Of a stretch of 64,000 bases of DNA, positions 39,990 through 54,106 are shown in pieces; position 1 is the first letter of the stretch, and each line of letters begins with the position of its first letter. The translations under genes were made by a program, and so were the position numbers. The stretch covers positions 36,890,001 to 36,954,000 of the forward strand of contig NC_043015.1 of assembly GCF_006345805.1 (NCBI RefSeq). The letters are read 5' to 3'. This DNA comes from Octopus sinensis (lineage: Eukaryota). The notes under the pieces were generated by a model that worked only from the letters and a program-made list of their open reading frames with translations, was not told the origin of the DNA and ran no database searches.

Positions 39990-40195
39990 ATTTTATTTCT
40001 TTTAGTCATCTTACTGCGGCCATGCTGGAGCACCGCCTTTAGTCAAGCAAATACACCCCACGACTTATTCTTTGTAAGCCTAGAACTTATTTTATCGCTC
40101 TTTTGCCGAACCGCTAAGTTACTGGTACGTAAACATACCAGCATCGGTTGTCAAGCGATCTTGGAGCGGGTGAACAAACGGATACACAAATATAT
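39990..40195 (-). mobile_element. SINE family E, 3' half
   Basis: Reverse complement of the tail CATCGCTTGACAACCGATGCTGG...GCTCCAGCATGGCCGCAG (compare 50201-50375). Confidence 0.85.
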
Positions 40196-40196
40196 A

Positions 40197-41479
40197 CTGC
40201 GGAGTCCATTCGGGAACCCGTGTGCAGGTCATAATTGCTCCATCATGGTGCTTCTCCTCTTCTGTAGAAGAAGACAAGTAATTCTTCTTCTTCAGGGAAC
40301 GAGGTTCACTTCCGCGGTCGGTGGCCCAACTCCCACCGACGATGGCTCTTCACCCGTCGATGACACATTTCCCCCTAACGAAGTTCCGGGACATTCCGGT
40401 ATTGTGTTACCGACTGCCGGCAATGTCCCGTTTCTCTTTTACTTCTTTTTCTTCTCAACCGTGACAGACAGATCTACTTCCCCTCCCTCATTCCTAGAAT
40501 CCTTAGGTGAGCACCCATTGTTGCTCACCTTCTTCCTCTTGCGGCCCTTCTTTGAGGAGTCCTCCGCCTCCTCGACCGCCTCAGTTTCCTCTTCTACAGA
40601 TGTCTCAACTAACTGCTCCAAGACCATACTTTTGTCCTCGGGGAAGTTATTTTTTGCATGGCCAGGTTCCAGACACCGGTGACACTTGGGGGGCGACACT
40701 CAAGTATCACCGAGCCCCTGCTCCCAGCCATATAGTTAAAAGTCTGGTACGACTAACTATTTTACTGATTGGGTCCTCTGGGACAAAATGACTTTTGACT
40801 CAACCCAATCAGCCACTGGTAATAATTTAACATTAAGGAGTTTGGTGCCGCTGCCACCCAAACCCCAGTGGATAGTGTCCGCTAACCAGCCTGGTTTTAA
40901 ATTCAGTGGCAACCCGCAAACCCATTGCCGGTTTCCTCCCACAATCCGGTGGGAAGAAACAAGATATTATTGCCAGCCAGGGGCTGGCTCACAAAAATGC
41001 GAGCCTCCTCTGGAGTGTCAAATAGCAACCAATTCGTTGCGTATCCGATACCCCGGGCAATAAACTTCACAGTTGGTAGATACCGGTACTCCTGACCCTT
41101 GTAGTTTCCAAAAAAGCTACTCCAGTTGAGTCGGGGACACAGGAGCAGGAACAAAAGATAATATACCATTAAATGATAAATACACAACAAAGAAAATATT
41201 GTTTTTCCACAGCAGCAAAAAGAATTCCACAGTTTATGGCGGCAGATGATCCGGCCACCAAAATAATTCACTTAAAAGTGAACAATCTTGCCCAACTGCA
41301 GGCAGACCAGAGTCCAGAATCCAGTGAGGACAAAAAATAATACAGCAAACAACAAAGCCCCACTGGACCCCAAAACCAAAAGTCTTACCTTGCAGCTGAA
41401 CTTCTTTCTCAATCAATATTTCGCCAGCTGTACACCAGCGTGGCAACTTCTACAGTGTAAGAACATCACTGACACAACC
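40197..41479 (-). mobile_element. Tx1/L1-like LINE 5' UTR + ORF1 fragment (frameshifted)
   Basis: Zinc-knuckle remnant PKCHRCLEPGHAKNN followed by an acidic/basic tail. An upstream RRM-like stretch reads VKFIARG....WLLFDTPEEARIFVSQPL. Confidence 0.7.
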
Positions 41480-41517
41480 GGAAGCAAGCTTCTTACCACA
41501 CAGCCACCGCTGCGCCT
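41480..41517 (-). mobile_element. SINE family E, 5' head
   Basis: Reverse complement reads GGCGCAGCGGTGGCTGTGTGGTAAGAAGCTTGCTTCC. Confidence 0.8.
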
Positions 41518-43184
41518 TTATATACGAATGCGTATATAAATGCAAGTATGTATTTGTGTATGTATGTAAGTTCCCCCATTCCATGTCTAATTTCGATTTA
41601 AAATATGACTTGACATATATTAAGTTGCAATATCTAGCAGATCACACAGCCACGCACAATCTCCTTCCGAATCGTCTTCCCCAGTTGGCTCGAGCAGAAA
41701 TGGTAGACAGATTGTAAATGCGATTTTCACAGTTAAACCTATCTGCAATTTAATAATTGTATTTCTAAAACAGATAAATGATATTATCTGTCCTGCATGA
41801 ACCTATGGGAAATAAGTAACACATTTGCCTGTGAAAATGTCCAAAGTAATCCTCACTGGCTTAGGAACATAATTCACTGGTAAAGCTCAATTAAATCACT
41901 TTCTATATTACATTAGTAAATATCAGAAATGTTTACGCAATTTATACTTGCGTCCTGGAAGTATTACATCAGTTCTTTTCTATATCAAAGGATAAGTATA
42001 TTATATCGTATTATACTGTATTATATCGTATTATACTATATTAGATTAGGTGAGATTATATTAAAATATAGAAGAGTACATTATATTACACGGATCATGA
42101 ATTTTATAGCTCAATTTGTCACCTCGTATCATAATATTGTATATCCTTCAGTGACTATAGGATTAACTAAATAGTTCTAATGGAAAAGCATTTTTTTTCT
42201 CTCGAGGAGAATTTAAACATAATGGAGTCAACGGTTTGTTTGTGAAGGAATAGAGAGTCAGCTGTTCACATCTTGTCATCAGAATTGTATTGTGAATGTA
42301 AACAGAAAATTAACTTTTATATCTAATGGTGTCCACTTTAAATTAGGAAATGCTAGTATCCTACCTGAAACAGAACGTCGCTAATATAACTAAACGTATC
42401 GCTGAGGTTAGGCTGTGGTTTCCGCTGAGATATATTTATTTCGCTTTGTCTTTCAGAAGAACGTAAAAACAAGGAGTGATTATTTTATTCCATCTTTCAA
42501 ATATAGAACAAATAACCCTTCGATTTGTATAAGTTGGCATGCGCCAAATTATACAGACGCAGGTTGCTCTAATTACACACTGCACTACAGAATAGACCTT
42601 TATTTTGTTTCTTGAAATTAGTTGAGTAATGTTCGGATACAGAGACACCATTCTGTTTCCCTCATCGGTTCACAAATCCTTCTCTATCAACTGTTTTGCA
42701 GTTATTGTAAATATTTAAAATAGAAGCATTTTCTAATGGAACAAAAACGTTTTCAACTGATTCATATTTGATTAATTAATATTTGTAGCCATAGAACTAG
42801 ACGTGAGTTAGTTAGAGCCCGTGCGTTCATTTACAAAGTATCTGAAAGATTTATGTCTGGAAAGAAATGAAAAAAACAATATTAATTCAATGCATTGGTT
42901 GGTTGTTCAATATATTCAATATATATTAGCATTCAAATGAAAAGAGGAAAGATTCTATTTTTGGTATTTCTTTTAATGTGCTTAGAATTCGCAGACATTC
43001 GTTCATATAGCTCTAAAGAATGTTACAGATGAATTGCACCTTTGATTGTGGAGCACAAAAGAAGAGTTAAAACGAAACTGCTTCAGAATAACGCACTGAG
43101 ATTAACCAAAGTTAATGAATGATTAAACAAAAAAGTGAGATAGAGAGACACGTAGGTGACAAAGTGAGTAGTGAGGGAGAGGGA

Positions 43185-43720
43185 AAGCGAGTGACTGAGT
43201 GAGTGTGTGAGTGAGTGAGTAAATGAGTGAGTGAGTGAGTGCGTGAGCGTGTGAGTGAGTGTGTGTGTGAGTGAGGGATTGAGTGAGTGAGTGAGTGTGT
43301 GAGCGAGTGCGTGAGTGAGTGAGTAAATGAGTGAGTGAGTGCGTGAGCGTGTGAGTGAGTGTGTGTATGTGTGAGTGAGTGATTGTGTGAGTGAGTGCGT
43401 GAGTGAGTGAATGAATGAGTGAGTGTGTGAGCGAGTGCGTGAGTGAGTGAGTGAGTGAGTGAGTGAGTGAGTGAGCGTGTGAGTGAGTGTGTGTGTGAGT
43501 GAGTGAATGAATGAGTGAGTGTGTGAGCGAGTGCGTGAATGAGTGAGTAAATGAGTGAGTGAGTGAGTGAGTGAGTGTGTGTGAATGTGTGAGTGAGTGA
43601 ATGAATGAGTGAGTGTGTGAGCGAGTGCGTGAGTGAGTGAGTAAATGAGTGAGTGAGTGAGTGACTGACTGAGTGACTGAGTGACTGAACGAGTGAGTGA
43701 GTGAGTGAGTGAGTGAGAGA
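43185..43720. repeat. (GAGT)n-based satellite with higher-order variants
   Basis: Direct inspection. Explains the (SLTH)n ORF at 43112-43942. Confidence 0.95.
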
Positions 43721-45110
43721 GAAGAGATAACCCAATGATGAAGTGAGATCTAAACGTGACATATTACAAAAAGAGAGATAAAGAAGCAGAAGGTGTGTGT
43801 GTGTGTGTGTGTGTGCGTGTGTGTGTGCTTGTGTGTGTGTGTGTGTTAGACATTGAGATAGAAAAAGTGAGATAACGGGATGAAATAATGTAAGCATAAA
43901 CATTAGTAGAATTAAGAAATTAGAATATGAAAATGAAAGCAATATATAAAATGTAGCGTTTATTGAGATGGTTTAGATATATCTTAATTAGAACAGAAGT
44001 TAGAGTGAATGGTATTAAAATTTTATCACAGTTTAACAGGAAATAAGAAGACACAAAGATACCAAAATTTGAGGAGATACGAAACTGTATAATTACTCGA
44101 TATAAAATATGGTTGATTTAGTGGGAAATAATGTCCATGTGACAAACTTGAGGTATATTTAAAATACATTAGTACAAATCCAAACCATCCTTTAGGAATA
44201 TTTAACAAGGTAATTAATTAATTAGTGCAGATTAAGCGGAATCTCCATCGGGAAACCCGATAAAATGGGTCGCTGATTTAAAATTAAAAATGCATTAAAG
44301 GCAGTTTAAATATAAATCCATTTATATGTAGCCAACTATAAAGTAAAATTCATGGAACGAAATGTTATGTGGTATAATCATCCATAGAATTTACAGGGTT
44401 TTTCCTATGTTGGCACAAATGCTGTAAATATAAATATGAAAGCTTTTGTACAGCATAACATTATATCTTTTAACAACTATTTTGTGCAACAATTGCACAA
44501 AATACTTTTCTGCTTCTTTATCCGACATAATACTAAAAGAATTTTATATGAACATGCAAACTTTTCCTTCATCAAATAGCAACAACTGTTCTATCTCTCC
44601 TCTAATTCGGATATCTCATCGTAAAGCATTAGTTTTTCATTCAAAAGTTTCTCTCGCAGATAATTTATTTAGACTTACCTCGAAGAATATGTTTAAAATC
44701 CATTATAGAATATGCATCCCTGCTGCATTAATGGATCTAGAATCATGAAAAATGTTCTTTCCAACAAGATAAACTTTGGATTACATGCAGACCTTTACTG
44801 TTCTGGACAGACAAATTGGTATTTAACAATTTCATGCTCTTCAATCACTGTTTATAAAGGAATTTCCAACAAACAACGAACTAGAATACTTGAGTTATTA
44901 CAGAAAAAATGTTTCCAGTTCCAGTACAATTTCCATGATACAAACGCATTTAGTTTTACCTAAAAATCATTCATCACATCCACGCAAGAGACACAACGTG
45001 AGCGCTCCATATAGAATAAATAGCAGCTTGATTTCTCTCAAATCCCACCCTACTTGCTTATAAAAACAAACTTTGAGTAACATGGGAAATTCTGCATGTG
45101 GATGTGTTTG

Positions 45111-45200
45111 TGGTGTTGCTGGCTAACTCTTCGTTTTATCGCGAGTATAAATCATGGTGTTGCTGGCTAACTCATCGTTTTATCGCGAGTATAAATCATG
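45111..45200. repeat. 44-bp tandem duplication
   Basis: TGGTGTTGCTGGCTAACTC(T/A)TCGTTTTATCGCGAGTATAAATCA occurs twice. Confidence 0.95.
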
Positions 45201-45796
45201 ACTGGAAACCTCATGGAATATTCAGATTATTGAAAAAGACAGTAATAGGGCTCATGAAAGGGATCCTTATATATAGCCAAGGAAATAACCCATTCATTTT
45301 CCTACGTTATTTGGTAGAAATGAAGTTGAGTATGCTTATTTCTTAATATTTGAACTGTTAGAGTTATTTTCGCAATTTATCCAGTACAACACATGAACAA
45401 GTAAATATTATTTTCTTAATTTACTTTGAATTGTTATTATCTCAAATCTGATGACCCTGTTATTACGTAGCATGCTTCACGATATTAGAATACAGAAGTT
45501 ATTAGTATTTCTTTCTATGCTCTATATACTCTGGGAACGCATTAAAGCCCATTTTCGGGGCTACGTTATTTGAATTCTTACTATCGAGTAACTAATTTCA
45601 TGTTAATATGTAACTGATCTCACAATTTGGGTATTCATAACATATTGGGAATTCCTAAAAACAAGATCCTGTGTAAGACAGTTCGGTATTCTCTGTAAAA
45701 GCACAAAAACCATTTTGATGGCTACATAATTTGTATTGATGTTATTGGATTAGCGAAAGGATTATAAGAACTTAATCAAAGGATAAGCCACGCTTT

Positions 45797-45824
45797 CTCG
45801 GTAATAACCGGGTACGTCAGCTAG
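45797..45824 (+). mobile_element. Helitron 3' terminus
   Basis: Hairpin CTCGGT-AATA-ACCGGG, 8-nt spacer, terminal CTAG followed by T. The 5' end was not identified. Confidence 0.6.
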
Positions 45825-45899
45825 TATATATATATATATATATATATGAAAATACAAGTCAAGATAGAAAATGCTAAAATAATTTTATAAAGAACATTT

Positions 45900-45937
45900 C
45901 AGTACCGGTTTCGGTCATTTTGAGACCTTTTCAAGTG
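45900..45937 (-). ncRNA. Hammerhead, U3-A8 variant (left-arm copy, stem I closing pair mismatched)
   Basis: Minus strand: CAC-UUGAAAA-GGUC-UCAAAAU-GACC-GAAA-CCGG-UA-CUG. Confidence 0.6.
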
Positions 45938-46892
45938 TAACGATTAAATAATTAAATTTAGAAAAATTAAAAGAAAAGTTTTTTTAAAGGAATATTTGTA
46001 TAGTGTTCAAATATAAGTGGCATTTTCCTTGTTTCTGCCTTTCTCTGTCTCTCTTGTTTAAACTTGTGGGTTCGAGGCCGTTGTGAATTCTTGGTAGGGA
46101 AGAAGAAGAAGAAGAAGAGAAGAAGAAGAAGAGAAGAAGAAGTAGAAGAAGAAGAAGAGAAGAAGAGAAGAAGAAGAAGAAGAAGAAGAAGAAGAAGAAG
46201 AAGAAGAAGAAGAAGAAGAATGATGAGGCGAAGGGGTGGGGGGATTTGGGAGTGCCTTGATTGTCGTATTTTGAATGGTCAGTGGCGGATAGCAGTTGCT
46301 GTTCAATTCATGAGAATATTTCTATTGAAAGGTTTGTTTATAGAATTTGCGTAGGTTTTATACTAAAAAGCATTAGTGATAAAGTTCTTCTTCTTCTGCT
46401 CTTAACTTTATCACTAATAAAGTTCTTCTTCTTCTACTTCTTAACTTTATCACTAATGTGTTTAGTATAAAACCTACGCAAATTCTATAAACAAACCTTT
46501 CAATAGAAATATTCTCATGAATTGAACAACAACTGCTATCCGCCACTGACCATTCAAAATACGACAATCAAGGCACTCCAACCCCCCCCTTCGCTCATCA
46601 TCTTTCTTCTTCTTCTTTCTTCTTCTTCTTCTTTTCTTCTTCTCTTCTTCTTCTTATTCTTCTTCTTCTTCTTTTCTTCTTCTTCTTTCTTCTTCTCCTT
46701 TACTTCTTCTTCTACTTCTTTTCTTCCTACCAAGAATTCACAACGGCCTCGAACACCACAAGTGTAAACAAGAGAGACAGAGAAGGCAGAAGACAGAAGA
46801 AAAGGAAAATGCCACTTATATTTGAACACTATACAAATATTCCTTTAAAAAAACTTTTCTTTTAATTTTTAAAATTAATTATTTAATCGTTA

Positions 46893-46930
46893 CAGTTGAA
46901 AAGGTCTCAAAATGACCGAAACCGGTACTG
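46893..46930 (+). ncRNA. Minimal type I hammerhead, U3-A8 variant
   Basis: CAG-UUGAAAA-GGUC-UCAAAAU-GACC-GAAA-CCGG-UA-CUG. 4-bp stem II, palindromic ACCGGU helix III, GUA triplet. Confidence 0.75.
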
Positions 46931-47023
46931 AAATGTTCTTTATAAAATTATTTTAGCATTTTCTATCTTGACTGTTTTTTTCATATATCAAATCGGGGTC
47001 CTTTTCACCCATATTCATATTAT

Positions 47024-47074
<51 letters not shown>

Positions 47075-47129
47075 CAGGTTTTGTTGAATTTTCTGCTGCT
47101 TTAAAAAAGTATGTATATATATATATTTC

Positions 47130-47517
47130 GTATTCTGTTACTTGTTTCAGACATATGACTGCAGCTATGCTGGAGCACCACAAAGTAGTTGGAGAATCAA
47201 AACTCCAGACCTATTTTTGAAACTTCTATCATTCTCTTTTCACGAACCCCTAAGTTACGGGGACGCAAACATACCAACACACGTTTTCAAGTCAAGCGGT
47301 GATGAGAGAGGACAAACACATACACAAAGTTACACACACAAGTATGCATACATAATAGACATATACATACATACATATATATATATGTATATATATAGGG
47401 AGAGTTACGAAAAAAACAAAAGACGAAGACAGGTGGTGTACAAAAAAACAGATGTATTAGTATAACGCCAGAAATAGAAAAGTCTACACACACACACACA
47501 ACACACACACCACACAC

Positions 47518-47553
<36 letters not shown>

Positions 47554-47730
47554 CATTGGGATATATACGATGAGCTTCTTTCAGTTTCCGTCTACCAAAT
47601 CCACTCGCAAGGCTTTGGTCGGCCCAAGGCTAAAGTAGCAGACAGTTACCCAAGGTGCCTCGCAGTGGGACTGAGCCTGGAACTGTGTGGTTGGAAAGCA
47701 ACCTTCTTACCACACAGCGACGCTTGCGCC
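47130..47730 (-). mobile_element. SINE family E with internal microsatellite and nested PLE family A fragment (47400-47486)
   Basis: Head at 47570-47730 (cttcttaccacacagc...gcgcc) and tail at 47130-47320. Confidence 0.85.
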
Positions 47731-48214
47731 ATAGAAAAAGGAAGAGAGAGAGAGAGAGAAACAGATAGAGAAACTGAGAGATCAATACCGACAAATAGAG
47801 AGACACACAGACAGATAGATGGAGTTATGAAATATATGCGCGCGTGTGAGGGCGTACATACATATACATTTGTTATATTTATGAATAGTTCCTCTCCCTT
47901 CTAAACATATAAACAATTTATAAAAATATTGAAACGTTCACCCAGGGTGTTAATAAAAACCAGCATGGACGTTTACGATATACAGAGTGGTAAAGCCACC
48001 ATTTTTCTGTTGAATTTTACGCTAATTTCTGTATTTAAACCTCAAACAAATATTATAATAATAAATGCGGCAAATACAACAATCTGTATTGTAAGTAAAG
48101 TTTACCCAAGAGATCGATATATTTCAATATATTTTATCGAATTTCATCTTTTGTACATCTATAATCTCACGTGGTAACAAACAACTCACGAATATAAATC
48201 AGCATATATATATA

Positions 48215-48263
<49 letters not shown>

Positions 48264-48350
48264 GAAGCAAACATACTCATGCAGAAACTAATAGAATGTG
48301 TATGTAAATAAATAATAACTAACACAAACACACACACACATATATGTATA

Positions 48351-48394
<44 letters not shown>

Positions 48395-48840
48395 GACATA
48401 CATGTACATATATATATATATATATGCATTGTAAATACATACATAATACATGTATGTACATACATAAAACACACCCATTTATATATATATATATGTATAT
48501 TATATATATGTTGTGTATATATGTATGTATAAATATTTATTATATAATATATATATATATTATATATATACACACAATACAAACACACTATATTATGTCG
48601 ATGTGAGGTCAGGTATTGAAATTTCGCATTATGTAACAGCCTCAGCAGACATGAAGGGGAAACTGATGCGAACAGCTTATACATATATTTCGATACTCAT
48701 CTGTGTATTTGATTGCGCATGTGTGCGTGTATGGAATCATATTTCATATTTATGAAATATATACACGTATCTTTCATCGCACTTCCCATCTCCATATCTG
48801 TTCATCTATCTATCAATCTATTTGTCAATGTCACTCCTTA

Positions 48841-48899
<59 letters not shown>

Positions 48900-49846
48900 T
48901 TGTGTGTGTTTGTATAAAGTATATACAAAGTTATTTATATATATATATTCATATATATATAGACATACACATTCATATGTTTATATAGCTGCGCACGCAG
49001 GCATATGAAATGCATACTTCAATTGAGGTTTAGATTGCCTGATTTAAAACTTGTGTTTAAATTTTTTCGCCTTTTATCTTTGCAAAGCCAGAGCAAAGTA
49101 ACATATTGACAAGAACACGCGTACTGTTTCCGTATACCTTTCATTCGATTCTATTTTATGAAAACTTACAGGAAAGATATTGAAATAAACAGATGAGGGT
49201 AGTTTATGTATAAATTATTTCATTTTCATTGTATAAAAACCTACCGAAACGAAATGCTAGATCCTCTTGTAGGCTCGACTGCATAATTCAACCAACGTTC
49301 TCAGGGAAACAGGGAGAACAAAGGAATATAACACAACTGCATTATAGACCAACTCATTAGATTTGGGTTTCCTAGGTATACATATGTAAATGTATTTATG
49401 TATAAATGTACATCTGTGTTTGTGTATATATATATCTATCTAGATATAGTTGACCTGTGTTCCGTTAAGAACGTGTTAGAGTGCAAATAGAGCTGGTTCA
49501 CCCTTAGAAGTCCCAAATAGCAGGTAGTATTATTATCGTATTCTACTAATTCTAGTCTTAGGTATTTGAAAGGACCCACGGATGGAATAGCATTGAAATC
49601 AAAATTTACTTGCAGAGAAAGCGATTAAATATCGCCCGAAGAGATAACTATACATCGTATTATACAGGTAAATTGTTACCTAATTTAATTTAAATCTAAA
49701 TTTAAAATATTATATATATATATATATATAATATATATATATATATATAATATATATACATATATATGTATATATAGGTGCATATATGTATATATATATA
49801 TTAATATATGTATATTATATATATATATATTGTAAATATACATATA

Positions 49847-49902
<56 letters not shown>

Positions 49903-49934
49903 GTTAATCCAAACATGAAAACACAGGTACGTAA

Positions 49935-50081
49935 CTTGTGGTACGTAACTTGTTTACCAGCCACATGGTTCCTGTTGCAGTCCCACAATCTGGCACCTTG
50001 AGCAAGTGTCTTCTACTACAGCCTCAGGCCGACCAAAGACTTATGGGTGGATTTATTAGACGGAAACTGAAAGAAGCCCGT

Positions 50082-50143
<62 letters not shown>

Positions 50144-50375
50144 AATGTATGTGTGTGTATATGTTTCTGTATTTGTTGCCCCCTCCCCCCCCAAAAAAAA
50201 CATCGCTTGACAACCGATGCTGGTGCGTTTACGTCCCGTAGCGTAGTGGTTCCGCAAAAGAGACTGATAGGATAAGTACTTACAAAGTATAAGTCCTTGG
50301 GTCAATTTGCTCAAATAAAGACATTGCTCCAGCACGGCCGCAGTGAAAATGACTGAAAGAAGTAAAAGAAAAGAA
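49935..50375 (+). mobile_element. SINE family E
   Basis: TGTGGTA...GGCACCTTGAGCAAGTGTCTTCTACTA...GGAAACTGAAAGAAGCCCGTC, internal (TA)n, tail ending GACTGAAAGAAGTAAAAGA. Confidence 0.88.
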
Positions 50376-50490
50376 TGTATATATATAAACATACATACAC
50401 ATATATACGTATATATGTAGGCACATATATGTGTATGTATGTATATATATATATATATTATATATTATATATAATATATATATATATATA

Positions 50491-50542
<52 letters not shown>

Positions 50543-51373
50543 TATACATATATATGTATATATGTGTGTATATGTGTTATGTAGGGTTTCCCTAATGAAT
50601 TCATTTCCTATTATACATTACACAAAACCTGAAACATACGTGTTAAATGGTTTCAAAATGTCACTGTCATTACCCATATACAAACGTACACACACATACA
50701 CACACACATGCTTCCGCGTGTGTGAGTGTGCGCGTATAAGCTCGTGTTGCCATATCATATCTCTGACGATAAAATAGATAAAGGTTTCGAAGAGAATCTA
50801 CGTCGACGTTTAAAATCGAAGAGAAGCTGACAGGCAGGCATCTAAGCAAACAAAAATAGTTGAGTGAAGAAGCGCATTGATTAACATCAAAATGAACAGA
50901 CAAATACCCAGACAGCCAGACCGATCGATAATAAAATATATACGAGGTTAGAATGAGATGTAAGCAGATGAGGAGGAAAGTACTTATATATGCGTAGTGT
51001 CTATCAGTGTGTGTCTCGCTGTGTGTGTATGTGAATGTGTGTGTGTGTGTTGATGGGGAAGATTCCGTCAGAGAAAGGAAATTAATAAGTGAGTGATTAG
51101 ACAAAGACGAAGTAGAACGAAAAACGCAAAAAATATATTGGAAGGGACGTGTGAATGTATGTGTGTGTGTATCTGTATGTGTGTGCGTATGTATGCGTTA
51201 GTGCATGTGTGGAAATGTGTGCGTACATATGTACAGTGCGTGACATGAGTACGCATAGCATATACATACACATGCATACATACTTACATACATATATATT
51301 TATATATATATATGTATGTATATAACATAGAGCTTGATCAATCGATCGATAGATAGGTAGATAGATAGATAGG

Positions 51374-51485
<112 letters not shown>

Positions 51486-51531
51486 CAAAGAAATTAATAG
51501 ACGGAAAAAGGTGAGAAATATACTTTGATGG

Positions 51532-51594
<63 letters not shown>

Positions 51595-51597
51595 TAT

Positions 51598-51727
<130 letters not shown>

Positions 51728-52905
51728 GTAGATAGACTGAAAGATCAATAAACATTTAGGTACACTGAGAGATAGTGAGACAGAAATAAAAAGATAAATA
51801 GGTAAGGAAATAGATAACAGATACACAGATATGTGTGTGTTCACGTCTGTTTGTGTCAGGGGAAGTAATATGAAGAGAGCTTAGACACACATAACATAAT
51901 AGGTAGAATTGTAGAATTATAAAGGCAGGATATACGTAAATGTCTGGCCATCTCCACGTAAATTGGCCTCTATAAGCTCCTTAAAAGTTGATAGTATTAG
52001 TGTAATCATAACAGTCAGAATTGACAAATATATTGAAACGGTGCCCTTTAGATTCTCGTATAATTTTCTCAACGCTAAAACGCTAAGCTTGAACAATCGT
52101 ATGTATGTGTGCGTGTTTGACACACACAAACACGCAGACATACACACGCACACACACACATATAAATATAAATATATATATATATTATATATAAAATATA
52201 TATTAGAGATAAAACCATTATTATTATTATATTATATATATATGCATGTACACGTGTGTGCGTGTGTTTGTATACAATCCCGTGCATATGCATACACACA
52301 CACACATATATATATATATATGCATGCATGCCAGGATATGTATATTTCTATAAACATATATATATGCAAAGCCATATCTTGATGCGGTGGTTTTGTAAAA
52401 TAATCGATCTCTGCTTCGTCCCTCAAGCTATCTTTAAATAAAACAGTACGATTATTCAAACAGCCACTCCGCTTATCACATCTGCTACACCACAACTGTT
52501 CCTGATCGTTAGCAATCAATTGTGTCAGTTAGAATTTCAATCGATAAACATCGAGGCCGAAACAAAAAAATAGTGCAACGAAAAACAGAAATACGTAGCA
52601 AAGAGCGAGGGGGAAAAAAAGGAACATACCGCTACAAATATAGATGTAACTGACACAAGAATCCATTTTGAATCTCTTTGAAATACGAGATTTCTGTTAG
52701 ATTTATAGAAATAGACAAATACGCACCAACATGCACATGTACTCATATGCACACACACACACATGCATACATACATACATATATACATATGTGTTTGTGT
52801 GTGTATAGAAATGTATACAGAGACAGCTCCACACATATACACACACACATACATATATATAGACATATAGTCGTGTATGCGTGTATGTGTGTGTGTGCGA
52901 GAGAG

Positions 52906-52938
<33 letters not shown>

Positions 52939-53438
52939 TATATATTATCATATTACACACACACGCACACACACACACACACATTTATATATATATATGA
53001 CTTTGATTTTGTCTAATCCTACGCACACACGCTCGTGCATATCTATGAATATATTTACACACACACACACACATATATATATGTGTGTGTGCGTGCGTGT
53101 GTGTGTGTTTGTGTATGTATGCAGATGCACTAATATATGCATGTGTCTATGAATATATCTACTTATTTGTTTATATATATATATATGCTTACACAGAAAC
53201 GTTCCTACACACACACACACGTACACATAAACACACACACGTACATATGCACATACACATCATGCATATCAATCTGTATGGTTTTCCTTTTCATTTTTTC
53301 TAGGTCACTAACATTTTTTCCTCACATTTGTTGTTTTTATCTCCATTATTTCTAATAATTTTATTATTATTTTTATTGCTATCCTTTTAATGTACTTTAT
53401 ATAATATTTATATCCTGTCTCTCTCTCTCTCTCCTCTC

Positions 53439-53512
<74 letters not shown>

Positions 53513-53723
53513 ATTATATATATATATATATATGCATGTTTTTTCGTTGTTTAGTTTTATTCTTTTTACTTGTGTTTTGTTTTCCTTCTTTCTGCAATAT
53601 TTTAAAACGGATCTCAATCGGATATTGTTCAACAACTGCTGACTTTTTAAATGACCCTTTCACAAGTATTTTCGGAGAAATATACAACTGGCTGCTTTGA
53701 TCTTATGATTATTATTATTATTA

Positions 53724-53783
<60 letters not shown>

Positions 53784-54041
53784 CATTATTATTATTATCA
53801 TCATTATTGTTGTTATTATTATTATTATTATCAGTATTGTTGTTGTTGTTATCGTTGTTTTTGTTGTTATTATGACTATTATTATTATCATTATTGTTGT
53901 TGTTGTTATTGTTGTTGTTGTTATTATGACTATTATCATTATTATTATTATTAGTATTTTCATTTTCACCATCAACTCCTCCATCGTCATCATTATTGTT
54001 ATTGCACTACTACTACTACTACTACAACTACTACTACTACA

Positions 54042-54078
<37 letters not shown>

Positions 54079-54106
54079 ACTACTACTACTACTACTACTA
54101 CTACAT

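Larger units (their letters stand above)
45842..46988. mobile_element. Inverted duplication of a PLE 3' end (arms about 545 bp, 56-nt spacer)
   Basis: 45842-46386 is the reverse complement of 46443-46988. Each arm holds an ORF-end remnant (NLRKFYKQTFQ*KYSHELN, compare MRLNKETFFIEKYKPRLN), a (CTT)n tract and a hammerhead. Confidence 0.9.

Noticed and set aside
43112-43942. 276-aa (SLTH)n ORF
   Set aside because: It is a translation of the (GAGT)n satellite.
44440-44960. Possible decayed Helitron helicase segment (minus strand)
   Set aside because: Only a vague resemblance with many stops, and no intact Walker A motif visible.
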